41,199 nucleotides of DNA from a virus (lineage: Duplodnaviria; Caudoviricetes). Each line of letters begins with the position of its first letter. The stretch's first letter is position 1. A program made the position numbers and the translations under genes. A model generated the notes under the pieces. That model was not told the origin of the DNA. It did no database searches and saw only the letters and a list, made by a program, of their open reading frames with translations. The stretch spans positions 1-41,199 of the IMG/VR virus record IMGVR_UViG_3300032257_000038. One strand, given 5' to 3'. Below, piece by piece: positions 9,575-19,408 of this stretch.

Positions 9575-9969
9575 TGTTATTAAATGCAGACAAAATATTA
9601 TCTCATGTCACCCTGAAAAGGGTTAAGCTTGATATTCCTGAATGGGGCGGCCATGTGTTTGTGTCAGAAATGAATGGCACGGCCAAAGACCAATATGAAA
9701 ACTCCTTAATGGAAAAGATCGGGGCCGAATATGTCGTATCACAGAAGAATCTAAGGGCAAAGCTTGTGGTTTACTCTGTTACCGACAGTAATGGCCTTAG
9801 ACTTTTTACTGATGATCAAATCCCTGACGTTGGGAAAATGTCTAGCTCAATCCTTGACCGCATCATTGAGAAGTCAAAAGAAGTCGGGAATATCAGCCAC
9901 CAGGAAGAGGAAGAGATTACCAAAAAAAACTCAGACACCAGCCAGGAAGATGGTTCTACTTTACCCTAG
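9574..9969 (+). CDS. Tail assembly chaperone (lambda gpG equivalent)
   Basis: IPEWGG.V.V, D.NG.RLF motifs; slippery site near 3' end. Confidence 0.88.
   Translation: MLLNADKILSHVTLKRVKLDIPEWGGHVFVSEMNGTAKDQYENSLMEKIGAEYVVSQKNLRAKLVVYSVTDSNGLRLFTDDQIPDVGKMSSSILDRIIEKSKEVGNISHQEEEEITKKNSDTSQEDGSTLP
9924..9930 (+). promoter_or_regulatory. -1 ribosomal frameshift slippery heptamer A AAA AAC
   Basis: In-frame X XXY YYZ heptamer; -1 frame stays open to TAG 10143-10145. Confidence 0.85.
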
Positions 9970-10145
9970 CTGAAAAATTAGGGATGACGGTGAGCATGCT
10001 TCTGGAAAACATATCATCGTCTGAGATTGAAGAATGGAAAGCATATTACGCAGTTCAGCGCGAAGATGAAAAAGAGGCCAGCCTAAAGCAGACGCTAGAA
10101 ACTAGCGTGACAAGCAATATGGCGATGTTAAAAGGCAAACGATAG
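9930..10145 (+). CDS. Frameshifted C-terminal part of tail chaperone (gpT equivalent; not in ORF track)
   Basis: -1 frame reads LRHQPGRWFYFTLAEKLGMTVSMLLENISSSEIEEWKAYYAVQRE...KGKR, a gpT-like motif, ending 1 nt before the tape-measure ATG. Confidence 0.85.
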   Translation, partial: LRHQPGRWFYFTLAEKLGMTVSMLLENISSSEIEEWKAYYAVQREDEKEASLKQTLETSVTSNMAMLKGKR

Positions 10146-10146
10146 C

Positions 10147-12000
10147 ATGTCAAGAATCGGCACAATCACCATTGATCTACTCGCCAACTCAACGAGATTC
10201 CTTCGTGATATGGGAAGATCTCGCCGTGCCGTTGACACAATGAACGGTGCTGTTCGTAGCTTAACTAGCGTAGCTGGTGGCCTTGGCTTGGCACTTAGCG
10301 GTGTCGGCATGTCTGCATTAATTAAGAATGCTATCGACGCTGGCGATGAGATTCAAAAGCTTTCCACGAGGCTAGGTGCGTCATCTGAAGCCCTTAGCCA
10401 GTACAAGTTTGTAGCTGAGCAAACAGGGGTTGAGTTCAAAGCGCTAACGATGGCCTGGCAGCGCCAAACGCGCAGGATATCAGAGGCAGCGGTAGGCACC
10501 GGCGAAGCTGTCAAAGCGCTTGACGAGCTTGGGCTTTCTGCAAAAAGATTAAATGATCTTAGTCCAGAAGCGCAGTTTGAAGTTCTTGCTGATGCACTTA
10601 ACGGTGTGGCGTCACAGCAGGATAAAGTAAGGCTTGCATTCAAGTTTTGGGATTCGGGCGGCGTCAAGTTGCTTCAGACTGTGAACGGCGGTGCTGACGC
10701 AATGAGAGCTATGCGCATGGAGGCAGATTCGTTAGGACTGACGTTAACATCCGAAGACACCATGGGGCTTGAGCGAGCTTCTGGCGCAATCACAAACATG
10801 AAGACGGCGGCAAGCGCACTTGGCAATACTCTTGCTGTATGGTTAGGCCCGTCGATAGTTGAGTTGTCTAAGTGGTTTGGTAATATGCTTCCCAGGTCAA
10901 TTCTGTCATCCAGAGGAGCTATCTCAAAAGTAAAGGCAGAAATATTCAGCTTTCTTTCAACCTTAAAAAAATTCGCATTCGATACAAATCAGGTATTCCG
11001 TAATTTACTTCCAAAAAGTGGCATTACTGACGCGATCTTTGGGTCAGAAGAAGAATTCAACAGAAGGCAGAAGTTAATTCTTCAGGACGTCATATTATTA
11101 AGCGAGAAAGCATCCGCTGAATTCTCCAAGCTAATCGACATAGGCGCACAGCTTCAAGAGGGATTCACGTTAGGAAAAGGAGCCATTGAGCCTAGATCTG
11201 AGTTGTCTTCGGTAGGTGGTCGAACACCAGGGGTCGGGAAAAAGAAAGCTGGTGATGCCGTAGATCAAAAAAATAAGCTTCAGGCTCAGCAAAATTCACT
11301 CCAATCTCTTCGTGAGTCACTAATGAGCGAAGAGGAATTAATCAGAGAGAGCTTCCGACGACGACAGCAGCAAATACTTAACGATACAGTTATAGGTGAA
11401 GGCGAAAGGACAGACCTAATGAAACGGGCAGTATTAGAAAGAGACAGGGCTATCTCTTCATCAGAGCGCGCCACGAACAATGCGCGCCTAACTGCTACTT
11501 CCGAATTTATGGGGAATATGGAGTCAGTGTTTGCCGATAAAAATGGGAAGATGGCCAAGTCTGGGCAGGCGTTTGCATTATTTGATATTGGGATCAAAAG
11601 TTATCAGGCGGCAATGTCTGCGTATTCCGCAATGGCCGGCATTCCGGTTGTTGGACCTGGTCTAGGTGTTGCCGCAGCAGCCGCAGCAGTGCTTGCAGGT
11701 CTAAAAAATGCAGCAATGGTTCGCAGCCAGAAAGTTCCTGCTTTTGAGGATGGTGGTGTAATCCCACGTGGGAGATTTGGTTTGGTCGGTGAAGCTGGAC
11801 CTGAATTAGTAAAAGGACCAGGCGAAGTTATAAGCGCCAAGCACACCAAGCAAATTATGAGCGAAAAGGGCGGACCAGGCGTGACGAACAATTTCAACTT
11901 CAACATAAAATCAGATTCAGGGAGAGTCACGCCGGAATCAATTGAGCAGTTAAAGTTCTCAGTATTCGAGGCATTATCAATGGCAGGGTCCAGAGGATAG
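10147..12000 (+). CDS. Tape measure protein (617 aa, short tail)
   Basis: Helical Ala/Leu-rich; IGTITIDL start, IPVVGP and FEDGG..VGEAGPEL C-terminal motifs. Confidence 0.92.
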   Translation: MSRIGTITIDLLANSTRFLRDMGRSRRAVDTMNGAVRSLTSVAGGLGLALSGVGMSALIKNAIDAGDEIQKLSTRLGASSEALSQYKFVAEQTGVEFKALTMAWQRQTRRISEAAVGTGEAVKALDELGLSAKRLNDLSPEAQFEVLADALNGVASQQDKVRLAFKFWDSGGVKLLQTVNGGADAMRAMRMEADSLGLTLTSEDTMGLERASGAITNMKTAASALGNTLAVWLGPSIVELSKWFGNMLPRSILSSRGAISKVKAEIFSFLSTLKKFAFDTNQVFRNLLPKSGITDAIFGSEEEFNRRQKLILQDVILLSEKASAEFSKLIDIGAQLQEGFTLGKGAIEPRSELSSVGGRTPGVGKKKAGDAVDQKNKLQAQQNSLQSLRESLMSEEELIRESFRRRQQQILNDTVIGEGERTDLMKRAVLERDRAISSSERATNNARLTATSEFMGNMESVFADKNGKMAKSGQAFALFDIGIKSYQAAMSAYSAMAGIPVVGPGLGVAAAAAAVLAGLKNAAMVRSQKVPAFEDGGVIPRGRFGLVGEAGPELVKGPGEVISAKHTKQIMSEKGGPGVTNNFNFNIKSDSGRVTPESIEQLKFSVFEALSMAGSRG

Positions 12001-12001
12001 T

Positions 12002-12625
12002 ATGTTCATAGAAACGCCAAGATTTCCAGAAGATATTTCGTATGGTGCGAGGGGCGGTCCAACCTATTCAACGTCTATTGTGAAGAGACTTTCTGGTCGA
12101 GAAATCAGAAATATAAACTGGGCTTACCCGCTTCATAAGTATAATGCCGCGATGGCAGTAAGGGCGATTTCAGATCTTGATACGATCATTGATTTCTTTC
12201 ATGTGACTTCTGGTGCAGCAGATGCTTTTCGGTATAAGGATTGGGCTGACTATAAAACGGTATCAGCGCTCAGCACGCCTACATCAACCGATCAATTGAT
12301 AGGCGTAGGCGATGGGGTAGAGGTTGATTTTCAGCTAACCAAGACTTATCAGGTTGGATCGTCAACTAAAGTCAGAAATATCACCAAGCCAGTCACAGGG
12401 ACAGTATTAATTTCGCTGAATGATGTGACGCAGGGCGCAGGGTGGACGGTTAACACGGTCACCGGCATAGTTACCTTCGCGGTTGCCCCTGGAGGCGGCG
12501 TTAATGTAAAGTGGGGCGGCGAATTTGACGTGCCTGTTCGATTTGAATCCGACGACCTGCAAACGTCTATCGTTGCTTATGACTCTGGTGTTGCCGATAT
12601 TAATATCGTCGAGGTCAGATTATAA
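12002..12625 (+). CDS. Distal tail protein (DUF2460, RcGTA-like)
   Basis: FP.DISYGARGGP, FRYKDWADY, GEFDVPVRF. Confidence 0.92.
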   Translation: MFIETPRFPEDISYGARGGPTYSTSIVKRLSGREIRNINWAYPLHKYNAAMAVRAISDLDTIIDFFHVTSGAADAFRYKDWADYKTVSALSTPTSTDQLIGVGDGVEVDFQLTKTYQVGSSTKVRNITKPVTGTVLISLNDVTQGAGWTVNTVTGIVTFAVAPGGGVNVKWGGEFDVPVRFESDDLQTSIVAYDSGVADINIVEVRL

Positions 12626-13479
12626 TGAAAGAGGTTGACTCATCATTAACATCACTTCTTACAGGAACAGTGACAACGTTTGCCTATTGCGTAAAAATAC
12701 AGAAGAGCGACGGAACCTATTTATATTTCACAGGGTACGATAAAAATTTGGCAGTTGACGGCCAAACTTACGTGGCTAGTGGCGGGATAGACCTTACCAA
12801 AATTAAGGTATCGACAGGAGGCACAGTTGATAACGTTGAAATACATGGGCTTATAGACGGAGGTTCGATTTCAAAGCAGGACATTGAAGATGGCGTTTTG
12901 GTAAATTCTATTGTCAATATTTTCTCGGTGGATTACACGAACCCTCCCGCAGTGATTGACGGCACAAATGTCATCCATGTTTTTGCAGGCCTGGTTTCAA
13001 ATGTTTACATTAAGGACGTGCAGTGGATCGTCGAGGTGCGAGGGCATAAGCAGCGATTAAAACAGCGTGTCGGGATATCCACGTCAAAGTCATGCCGTGC
13101 CGACCTTGGAGATTCAAAGTGTCAAGTGGTTATGACGAGCTACACAGAAACAGGGACGGTAACCTCCGTTTCTGGAAAAAAGATTGCCACAAATATAACC
13201 TTCACCAATGAAGAGCATTACAAAGAAGGCCGGGCCTCAATATCAACAAAAGGGTATCTTGGGGACGTATCATTTGTCAGCGGTGGTGTTGTGACCGTGA
13301 TGGAGAAGGTACGCCACTCTGCGCTTGTTGGAGAATCAATAACGGTAACAGCCGGTTGCGATAAATCTCTAAATACATGTAGAGTGCGCTATAATAACGT
13401 TGTCAATTTCCAAGGTGAACCACATGCTCCAGTTTCAGACGAATGGCTCTCTGGAGTCTATCAATCTTCGCGCCCATGA
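12625..13479 (+). CDS. Baseplate hub protein (DUF2163/BR0599-like)
   Basis: CRADLGDSKC and GCDKSLNTCRVRYNNVVNFQGEPH Cys motifs. Confidence 0.92.
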   Translation: MKEVDSSLTSLLTGTVTTFAYCVKIQKSDGTYLYFTGYDKNLAVDGQTYVASGGIDLTKIKVSTGGTVDNVEIHGLIDGGSISKQDIEDGVLVNSIVNIFSVDYTNPPAVIDGTNVIHVFAGLVSNVYIKDVQWIVEVRGHKQRLKQRVGISTSKSCRADLGDSKCQVVMTSYTETGTVTSVSGKKIATNITFTNEEHYKEGRASISTKGYLGDVSFVSGGVVTVMEKVRHSALVGESITVTAGCDKSLNTCRVRYNNVVNFQGEPHAPVSDEWLSGVYQSSRP

Positions 13480-13855
13480 TGCAGCGATATCAATGGTTGG
13501 CACACCATACCTCCACCAAGGCAGATTGCCAGGGGTAGCGCTGGACTGCATCGGCCTTGTTTCAGAAGCCTATCGGATGGCTGGCTATCCTCATCAAATA
13601 CCAGCAGATTACCGTAGAATCCCTGATGTTCGAGTATTATCTCAGTATGTCAATAAATATTGCATAAAAAAAGACAAGGCAGATATTGGTGACATTATCC
13701 TGATAAGATTCTCTATTGACCCGCAGCATTTCGCCATAATGTCCTACGGCAATAAAATAATTCATGCTTATAATCAGGCAAAAAAAGTGGTTATAGATAA
13801 TTACTCAGAAGAATGGATTAAGAAAACGGTCGGTATTTTTGGAGTTAAAGAATGA
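13400..13855 (+). CDS. NlpC/P60 tail-associated peptidase
   Basis: GTPYLHQGR, LDCIGL, PQHFAI, IIHA; start codon uncertain. Confidence 0.9.
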   Translation: MSISKVNHMLQFQTNGSLESINLRAHDAAISMVGTPYLHQGRLPGVALDCIGLVSEAYRMAGYPHQIPADYRRIPDVRVLSQYVNKYCIKKDKADIGDIILIRFSIDPQHFAIMSYGNKIIHAYNQAKKVVIDNYSEEWIKKTVGIFGVKE

Positions 13856-16800
13856 CTACGACATCACCATTTGGGGGTAGCAGCCATAGCCAGCAAGCGC
13901 AGGAAACAGGTCGCCAGGTACTAGTTGATTTCATTTCTGGAAGAGGCGCAGGACCGCCAAGCACTCCTGTAAATAAAGAGAATATCCCCTCCGTAGGTTA
14001 TGGAGCACCAATCCACGCAATCTATGGTAATGCAAGGGTCTCATGCACCCTCATGTGGGCAGCGCCAATTAATGAGACAAAAACCGTAGAAGAAGTAGAG
14101 TCAGGCGGGAAAGGTGGTAGCTCAACATCATATCAAAGAACGACAAGCCTTTATGATGCAACGTTTGCCCAACTTATCGGGCAAGAAGAAATCGTTGGGA
14201 TTTCAAGGATATGGCTTAACGGAAAAATCTTTTACGAAAATCGTCCGTATTTAACAGGCAAGCCGCTTGACGCTGCAAACAATGCAGAAAATTTCTTTAC
14301 TCTTTACCGTGGAACTAACGACCAAGTTGCCGACACGCTGATGGCCGCTGCAATTGGTGCCGACAACACCCCCGCTTATCGTGGACGATCATACATTGTT
14401 TTTAAAGAGCTACAATTAGCTGATTACGGAAACCGCATCCCGCAAGTTGATGTTGAGGTGGTTCAGTGGGGCACCGGGGCTTATAACGAGACAGTCGCCC
14501 CTATGCCAATATCATTACATTATATTATTGGCGACATAATGACTCGTTGCGGATTTGATAGCGCTGAATACGATGCCACCCAGTTAACCGATCTTGTTGA
14601 TGGATATATTGCCGATTTTAAAACTGACTCAGCGACAATCATTGATAACCTGTCAAAAATATTCAACTTCTATTATTACAATGACGGACAAAAGTTAATT
14701 TTTGCAAAACATCCTTCTCCGGTTCGTCGAGTCGAGCACAATACCTCATGCATGATCAATGAAGATTACTTAATTGGAAATGGCTTCCATGACCAGTTAG
14801 GTCGGCAAGGATACTTCCCTCATGAGGCGGGTACATCGGAAGGTCAGTTCCTAATGATCCGCGCAGCATGTCAGGCTTATCATGCTACTACTGATTCATA
14901 CTGGCTTACCCTGGCGACTTCAATGGGCGATGCTGCAACACTGATGTATAAGCAAGATCCACCATCATCAGGCTCAGGCATACTATATACCCCACATTGG
15001 CTATATGTAATGAAAAAGCCGGTCCAGGCTCAGTCCTTCATTCTGTGTACCAAAATTGTAATGACTTCGGTAGACGCTTTAAATATGCAGGGAACTATTC
15101 CTGCGGGACCAGGATATTACGGCGACCTTACCGTTAAAGTAACCAACCTCTATGATAACGAAAATACTTTCCTGACTTGGCCAAACCCGTATGCCGCCAC
15201 AATAGGCACAGAATATGGTGAACCAGTGTCAATTGTTGCGTCAGGATCAGGATGTTTGGTTACAGCAACAAAGGCCCAGCTTGGCACGCCTGCCGGTGAT
15301 TTAACGGTGAATGTTGCGTACATCGTCAATGCCGGTCCAATGCTGGCGACTTCTGAAATGATGGAAGCTTGGCCAAATTGGCGACAAATAGAATCGGGTG
15401 AGATTGATTGCGCTGTTGATACTCTGCCATGGGCATACGAGGCATTCGACTTACTCTATGCTTTGACCGCAGTGGCAAAATGGAACGATGCAAAAATAAT
15501 AACCGGCGAAACGGTTTCAACAATTTTTGATGTTGATGACGGTCGCACATGGATAAAGCAGGTTGTATCTTCACCTTTTGCATTGCCAGGCACTTACATT
15601 TCATCAACTCGGCCAGGATTTAACCAGTCATCTGTTTACACTGACGAGAATAAAAATATCAATATTTATGCCCCTCAAGGCAGTGGAGAAGTTCAGTTTG
15701 GTAGAGGGCTGACCGACCAAATATCTGCTGGGGATACTCATATCCGGGTAATACTTTCGAGCAATCCGAATAAAACGGTTGACTTTTTCCTGCAAGATGG
15801 CACGGATGTTGGCACTGCTGACCGGTATTACTACCAGCTATCATTGACATCAACCCTAACCACCACAGACATTCCCCTTGCATCGTTCAGCAAGCGACAG
15901 TTAACCGGGGCTGGTTGGACTGAAGTTGGGACAGGCTTACCAGCATTAACCACTATCGATGTTGTTGGGCTTATTTATGAGGGCACAGGATCGGGAACAA
16001 TTGTTTGGCAAGCAGCAAGGCCAATTCCAGAAGTTCAATTGCCGTACACTGTCGGCGTGGCTCCCTATACTGCAAATAGTGTTGACGGCCAACTGCTTGA
16101 TTGGAGGGGATATCCTGGCGTTGGATACCAAGATCCAATGATATGGGACTGGCTCTCACAGGCTGCATATCTGACGCTGATGGTCGATTTCATTGAGGAT
16201 TCCCAGAACGAATACAATACCCTTCATTCTGTCCTTGGGCCGTTCATACCGAGCTACGCATGGGATCGATACGATTCTTTGGATATCGGGGCGACTGCTG
16301 ACACATGGACATGGCTTTGGGCTGACCCGAACAGCGAATGGGTTGGCTATACGGCGAGGGTGGTTGCCGCGTGCGCAAGAACTGCCTGGAAAAATGGAGA
16401 TTCACGGTGCAATACTATAGCGCTTAATTTCCTGACTTGGCTGAATACTAATTGGACAACGCACACGCAATACCCGCCAACCAACTTCCCTGCTTCGATA
16501 GCAACGTGGGCTGCAACAACCGACTATGCCGTTGATGATATTGTTATTCCAACAACGCCAAACGGGAAGGTTTATAAATGTACTGTTGCAGGAACTTCGT
16601 CAGGGTCAGAGCCAACGTGGCCAACAACCATCAATCTTACGGTGGCAGACAATACAGTTACCTGGCAGTGCAGCGGGTATACCTATGGGGCATCCCCAGT
16701 TTACGGCAATTATGACGAGCCGCATGCCGTTGCACTTTGGATGAGGGCGGCTGGGTACTTGCATGCCAATGGTACGAGCACCGCGTTAATGGTTACAATA

Positions 16801-18483
16801 ATGACGCGGTGCTGGGATTATTTGGAAGCACGTTTTCAGCCGACTGACCCGATGGGCGGGACATGGAGCAGCAATCCAGCCGGTGGCGAGTGGTATGGCT
16901 TTTGGGGCGCAGAGATCATGTCAACGCTTTCATTACTGCTAATTACCCCTGATGCTACGGTAGATGACGGGTTAGACGCTCAGAGGACCGCAGCAAGCAT
17001 CAGTAGCGTGACGGTGGCATCAAGAATAGCATCTTACAAAACATGGCTGTCAAGCGTCACACGATCTGTCACCGTGGATAATATTACTGACGTTGCGTTA
17101 AGTGATGATTACACCTTGAAGAAGTCCAACGACAAGGAGTTGCCAAACGAGGTAACGCTTTCATATTTAAGTAAAGCTAGAAATGGCACCAATGATTATC
17201 GGTATTCCAGAAGTCTTGCCAAGGCATCAATTAATAAGGTCGAGGTGTCGGCCCTTGTCGTGATGGAAGGAAAGTCGGCGCAAAGCTTCACGCTGAGAAA
17301 ATTGCTAGAAATATGGTCCCAGGAAAACACCTACTCTTACTCGCAAATAAGTCGGCTATTTGATCCTGGTGACGTTATTGAATTGGTAATCGACGGCGAC
17401 ACCATCCAAATGCAGTTAAAGTCATTGGGGCTAAAAGGTGATGGCTCGGTTGATATTGAGGCCATATCATATGACCCTGAAGTTTATGTCGAGTCGTCTC
17501 AAGATGTATTCGATTCGGGCACAAGCATGGGGCTTTCGTCCATTGCCGATACGCTATTGCAATTGCTTGATATTGCGCTGATTGAAGATGCCCAGGATTA
17601 TTCAGGGTATTATTCAGGAGCCAAGCCAACGTCATCAAATTGGCAGGCCGGTGCAATGTACTCATCAAACAACGGTGGGGCCAGCTACCAGCTTGAAACA
17701 TCGTATACCGGAGGTATTTACTACGGCGTGACCGATGGTGTTCTTGCTTCAGCATCAGCAAACATAATGGATTTAACGTCAACGGTGCAAGTGACAATGG
17801 CCAACGGGACGTTATCGTCTGTAACCGAAGCCGATTTATTTTCAAGCCATAAAGTGAACCTCATCTTAATTGGAAACGAATTAGTTCAGTTCCAGACAGC
17901 AACCCTTGGGGCTCCAGGTGTGTATACGCTGTCAAACCTTTTGCGAGGTAGGAGAGGGACCGAGGGATTTATTTATGGTCACGTTCTCGGTGAAACAGTC
18001 GTTCTTATTAATGGATTTATTAAGGATACTGCGCTCGATACATCTTTAATCGGGGTGTCAAGGCTGCTGAAGGGCGTGACTGCCGGTCAAAACGTTGGCG
18101 ATGTAACAGCTTCATCAGCAACGATAAACAGTAGCAGACTTAAGCCTTACTCACCAGCGCATCTAGCATCTACCCGCGCCGCATCAGGACAGATTGATTT
18201 GACTTGGGAGCGAAGGGCGAGAACAAACGGCGGGTGGAATGATAACGTTGACGTGCCGCTTGATGAAATTTCAGAGCTATATCGTGTTAAGCTATATGAT
18301 GCATTGCCAAGCGCATCGGGGAATCTTTTAGCGACGTTCGATTCATCAGTGAAAAGTTACACGTTAAGCCCTGCAACCATTGATTTATATTACGCCACTG
18401 CGACCAGCACAGTATATTTAAGCGTCAATCAAGTAAGCGGTGTCGTCGGTGACGGATACATTACGGAGAAAACCATAACATGA
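13852..18483 (+). CDS. Large tail tip/host-specificity protein (RcGTA megatron-like) with inserted glycoside hydrolase-like and carbohydrate-binding domains
   Basis: YGAPIHAIYG, PAYRGRSYIVF, YGNRIP, GNELVQF, LLRGRRGTE, WERRAR motifs flank an insertion at ~14720-17070 with TSEGQ. Confidence 0.9.
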   Translation: MTTTSPFGGSSHSQQAQETGRQVLVDFISGRGAGPPSTPVNKENIPSVGYGAPIHAIYGNARVSCTLMWAAPINETKTVEEVESGGKGGSSTSYQRTTSLYDATFAQLIGQEEIVGISRIWLNGKIFYENRPYLTGKPLDAANNAENFFTLYRGTNDQVADTLMAAAIGADNTPAYRGRSYIVFKELQLADYGNRIPQVDVEVVQWGTGAYNETVAPMPISLHYIIGDIMTRCGFDSAEYDATQLTDLVDGYIADFKTDSATIIDNLSKIFNFYYYNDGQKLIFAKHPSPVRRVEHNTSCMINEDYLIGNGFHDQLGRQGYFPHEAGTSEGQFLMIRAACQAYHATTDSYWLTLATSMGDAATLMYKQDPPSSGSGILYTPHWLYVMKKPVQAQSFILCTKIVMTSVDALNMQGTIPAGPGYYGDLTVKVTNLYDNENTFLTWPNPYAATIGTEYGEPVSIVASGSGCLVTATKAQLGTPAGDLTVNVAYIVNAGPMLATSEMMEAWPNWRQIESGEIDCAVDTLPWAYEAFDLLYALTAVAKWNDAKIITGETVSTIFDVDDGRTWIKQVVSSPFALPGTYISSTRPGFNQSSVYTDENKNINIYAPQGSGEVQFGRGLTDQISAGDTHIRVILSSNPNKTVDFFLQDGTDVGTADRYYYQLSLTSTLTTTDIPLASFSKRQLTGAGWTEVGTGLPALTTIDVVGLIYEGTGSGTIVWQAARPIPEVQLPYTVGVAPYTANSVDGQLLDWRGYPGVGYQDPMIWDWLSQAAYLTLMVDFIEDSQNEYNTLHSVLGPFIPSYAWDRYDSLDIGATADTWTWLWADPNSEWVGYTARVVAACARTAWKNGDSRCNTIALNFLTWLNTNWTTHTQYPPTNFPASIATWAATTDYAVDDIVIPTTPNGKVYKCTVAGTSSGSEPTWPTTINLTVADNTVTWQCSGYTYGASPVYGNYDEPHAVALWMRAAGYLHANGTSTALMVTIMTRCWDYLEARFQPTDPMGGTWSSNPAGGEWYGFWGAEIMSTLSLLLITPDATVDDGLDAQRTAASISSVTVASRIASYKTWLSSVTRSVTVDNITDVALSDDYTLKKSNDKELPNEVTLSYLSKARNGTNDYRYSRSLAKASINKVEVSALVVMEGKSAQSFTLRKLLEIWSQENTYSYSQISRLFDPGDVIELVIDGDTIQMQLKSLGLKGDGSVDIEAISYDPEVYVESSQDVFDSGTSMGLSSIADTLLQLLDIALIEDAQDYSGYYSGAKPTSSNWQAGAMYSSNNGGASYQLETSYTGGIYYGVTDGVLASASANIMDLTSTVQVTMANGTLSSVTEADLFSSHKVNLILIGNELVQFQTATLGAPGVYTLSNLLRGRRGTEGFIYGHVLGETVVLINGFIKDTALDTSLIGVSRLLKGVTAGQNVGDVTASSATINSSRLKPYSPAHLASTRAASGQIDLTWERRARTNGGWNDNVDVPLDEISELYRVKLYDALPSASGNLLATFDSSVKSYTLSPATIDLYYATATSTVYLSVNQVSGVVGDGYITEKTIT

Positions 18484-19286
18484 CAACAGTACGATTAGTG
18501 ATGCCTGAGATCAGCGCATCGCAAGCCAGTAAAGAAATAACTCATAACGAAGCATTAAGGATGATTGACGCACTTATGCAGGGAGTCGTAAAGGACAGAA
18601 CGCTAACCGCCCCACCAGGATCTCCGGTAGAGGGAGACGTTCATATTCCGCTTGCCACGGCAACGGGCGCATGGGTAGGTCAGGAAAACACATTAGCCCA
18701 TTATTATAACGCCACCTGGTATTTTTACACGATGCCAACAAACTTCACAATTTGGAGTATTGAAGACGCGGCTGTCATCCAGTGGAGTGGATCAGCGTGG
18801 AATGTGGTCATCAATAAAAGCGGCAAACTATACAAAACAGTCACCGGCAACACCACGCTAACTGGTATCGAAGAAAGCAATAGTATTATCGAAGTGGCAG
18901 ATGGAGGAGGGCTGGCAGCCGATTTCAATCTGACCGTATCAACGATTGAAAAGGTATGGCATGCTTATAATGCAACCAACTATGTCATGACCGTAAAAAC
19001 AAGTGGTGGTTCGGGGCAGGCTGTTGACCCAGGCAGGCGTGCTGTAATTTATGGCGACGGTACTAATGTGGTGTCTGCCCACACGGCGGCAACAGACGGT
19101 ATGGTTTTCAGAAATACGATCGGCCTACCACAGTATTCAGTATCAAGCGCTCCGGCTGCTGCCGCTGCAAATAACGGACACTTAATATGGGTATCGGATG
19201 GCGATGCAGGGGCTAAATGTTTGGCTGCATCTGATGGCACGAATTGGAAGCGAATAGCGCTTGGCGCGACAATCTCAGCGACATAA
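18480..19286 (+). CDS. Tail fibre protein with N-terminal DUF2793-like domain
   Basis: SQASKEITHNEAL..ID, PPGSP.EGD, ATGAW.GQ; C-terminal SDGTNWKR. Confidence 0.85.
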   Translation: MTTVRLVMPEISASQASKEITHNEALRMIDALMQGVVKDRTLTAPPGSPVEGDVHIPLATATGAWVGQENTLAHYYNATWYFYTMPTNFTIWSIEDAAVIQWSGSAWNVVINKSGKLYKTVTGNTTLTGIEESNSIIEVADGGGLAADFNLTVSTIEKVWHAYNATNYVMTVKTSGGSGQAVDPGRRAVIYGDGTNVVSAHTAATDGMVFRNTIGLPQYSVSSAPAAAAANNGHLIWVSDGDAGAKCLAASDGTNWKRIALGATISAT

Positions 19287-19319
19287 AAAAAGCCATAGAC
19301 CTTTTGGGAGTATGGCTTT
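19285..19319 (-). terminator. Intrinsic terminator (minus strand, possibly bidirectional)
   Basis: AAAGCCATA...TATGGCTTT stem with A7 at 19285-19291 on the plus strand. Confidence 0.7.
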
Positions 19320-19354
19320 AGATGAACACACAGCTTGGAGAAACAATGTCTTTA
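19285..19354 (-). ncRNA. Candidate ~70-nt small RNA with anti-RBS sequence
   Basis: Bounded by a minus-strand TTGACA-16-TATACT promoter and a minus-strand hairpin plus U7; contains CAUUGUUUCUCCAA. Confidence 0.5.
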
Positions 19355-19360
19355 AATCAA

Positions 19361-19388
19361 AGTATACACGGAAGTTTCAAATTGTCAA
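19361..19388 (-). promoter_or_regulatory. Sigma70-type promoter, leftward
   Basis: TTGACA (19388-19383), 16-nt spacer, TATACT (19366-19361). Confidence 0.55.
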
Positions 19389-19408
19389 ATTAAAATAAAG
19401 GTACTTCC

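Noticed and set aside
9764-9973. 69-aa ORF as the frameshift partner of the tail chaperone
   Set aside because: It is the +1 frame and stops at 9973; the gpT motif is in the -1 frame.
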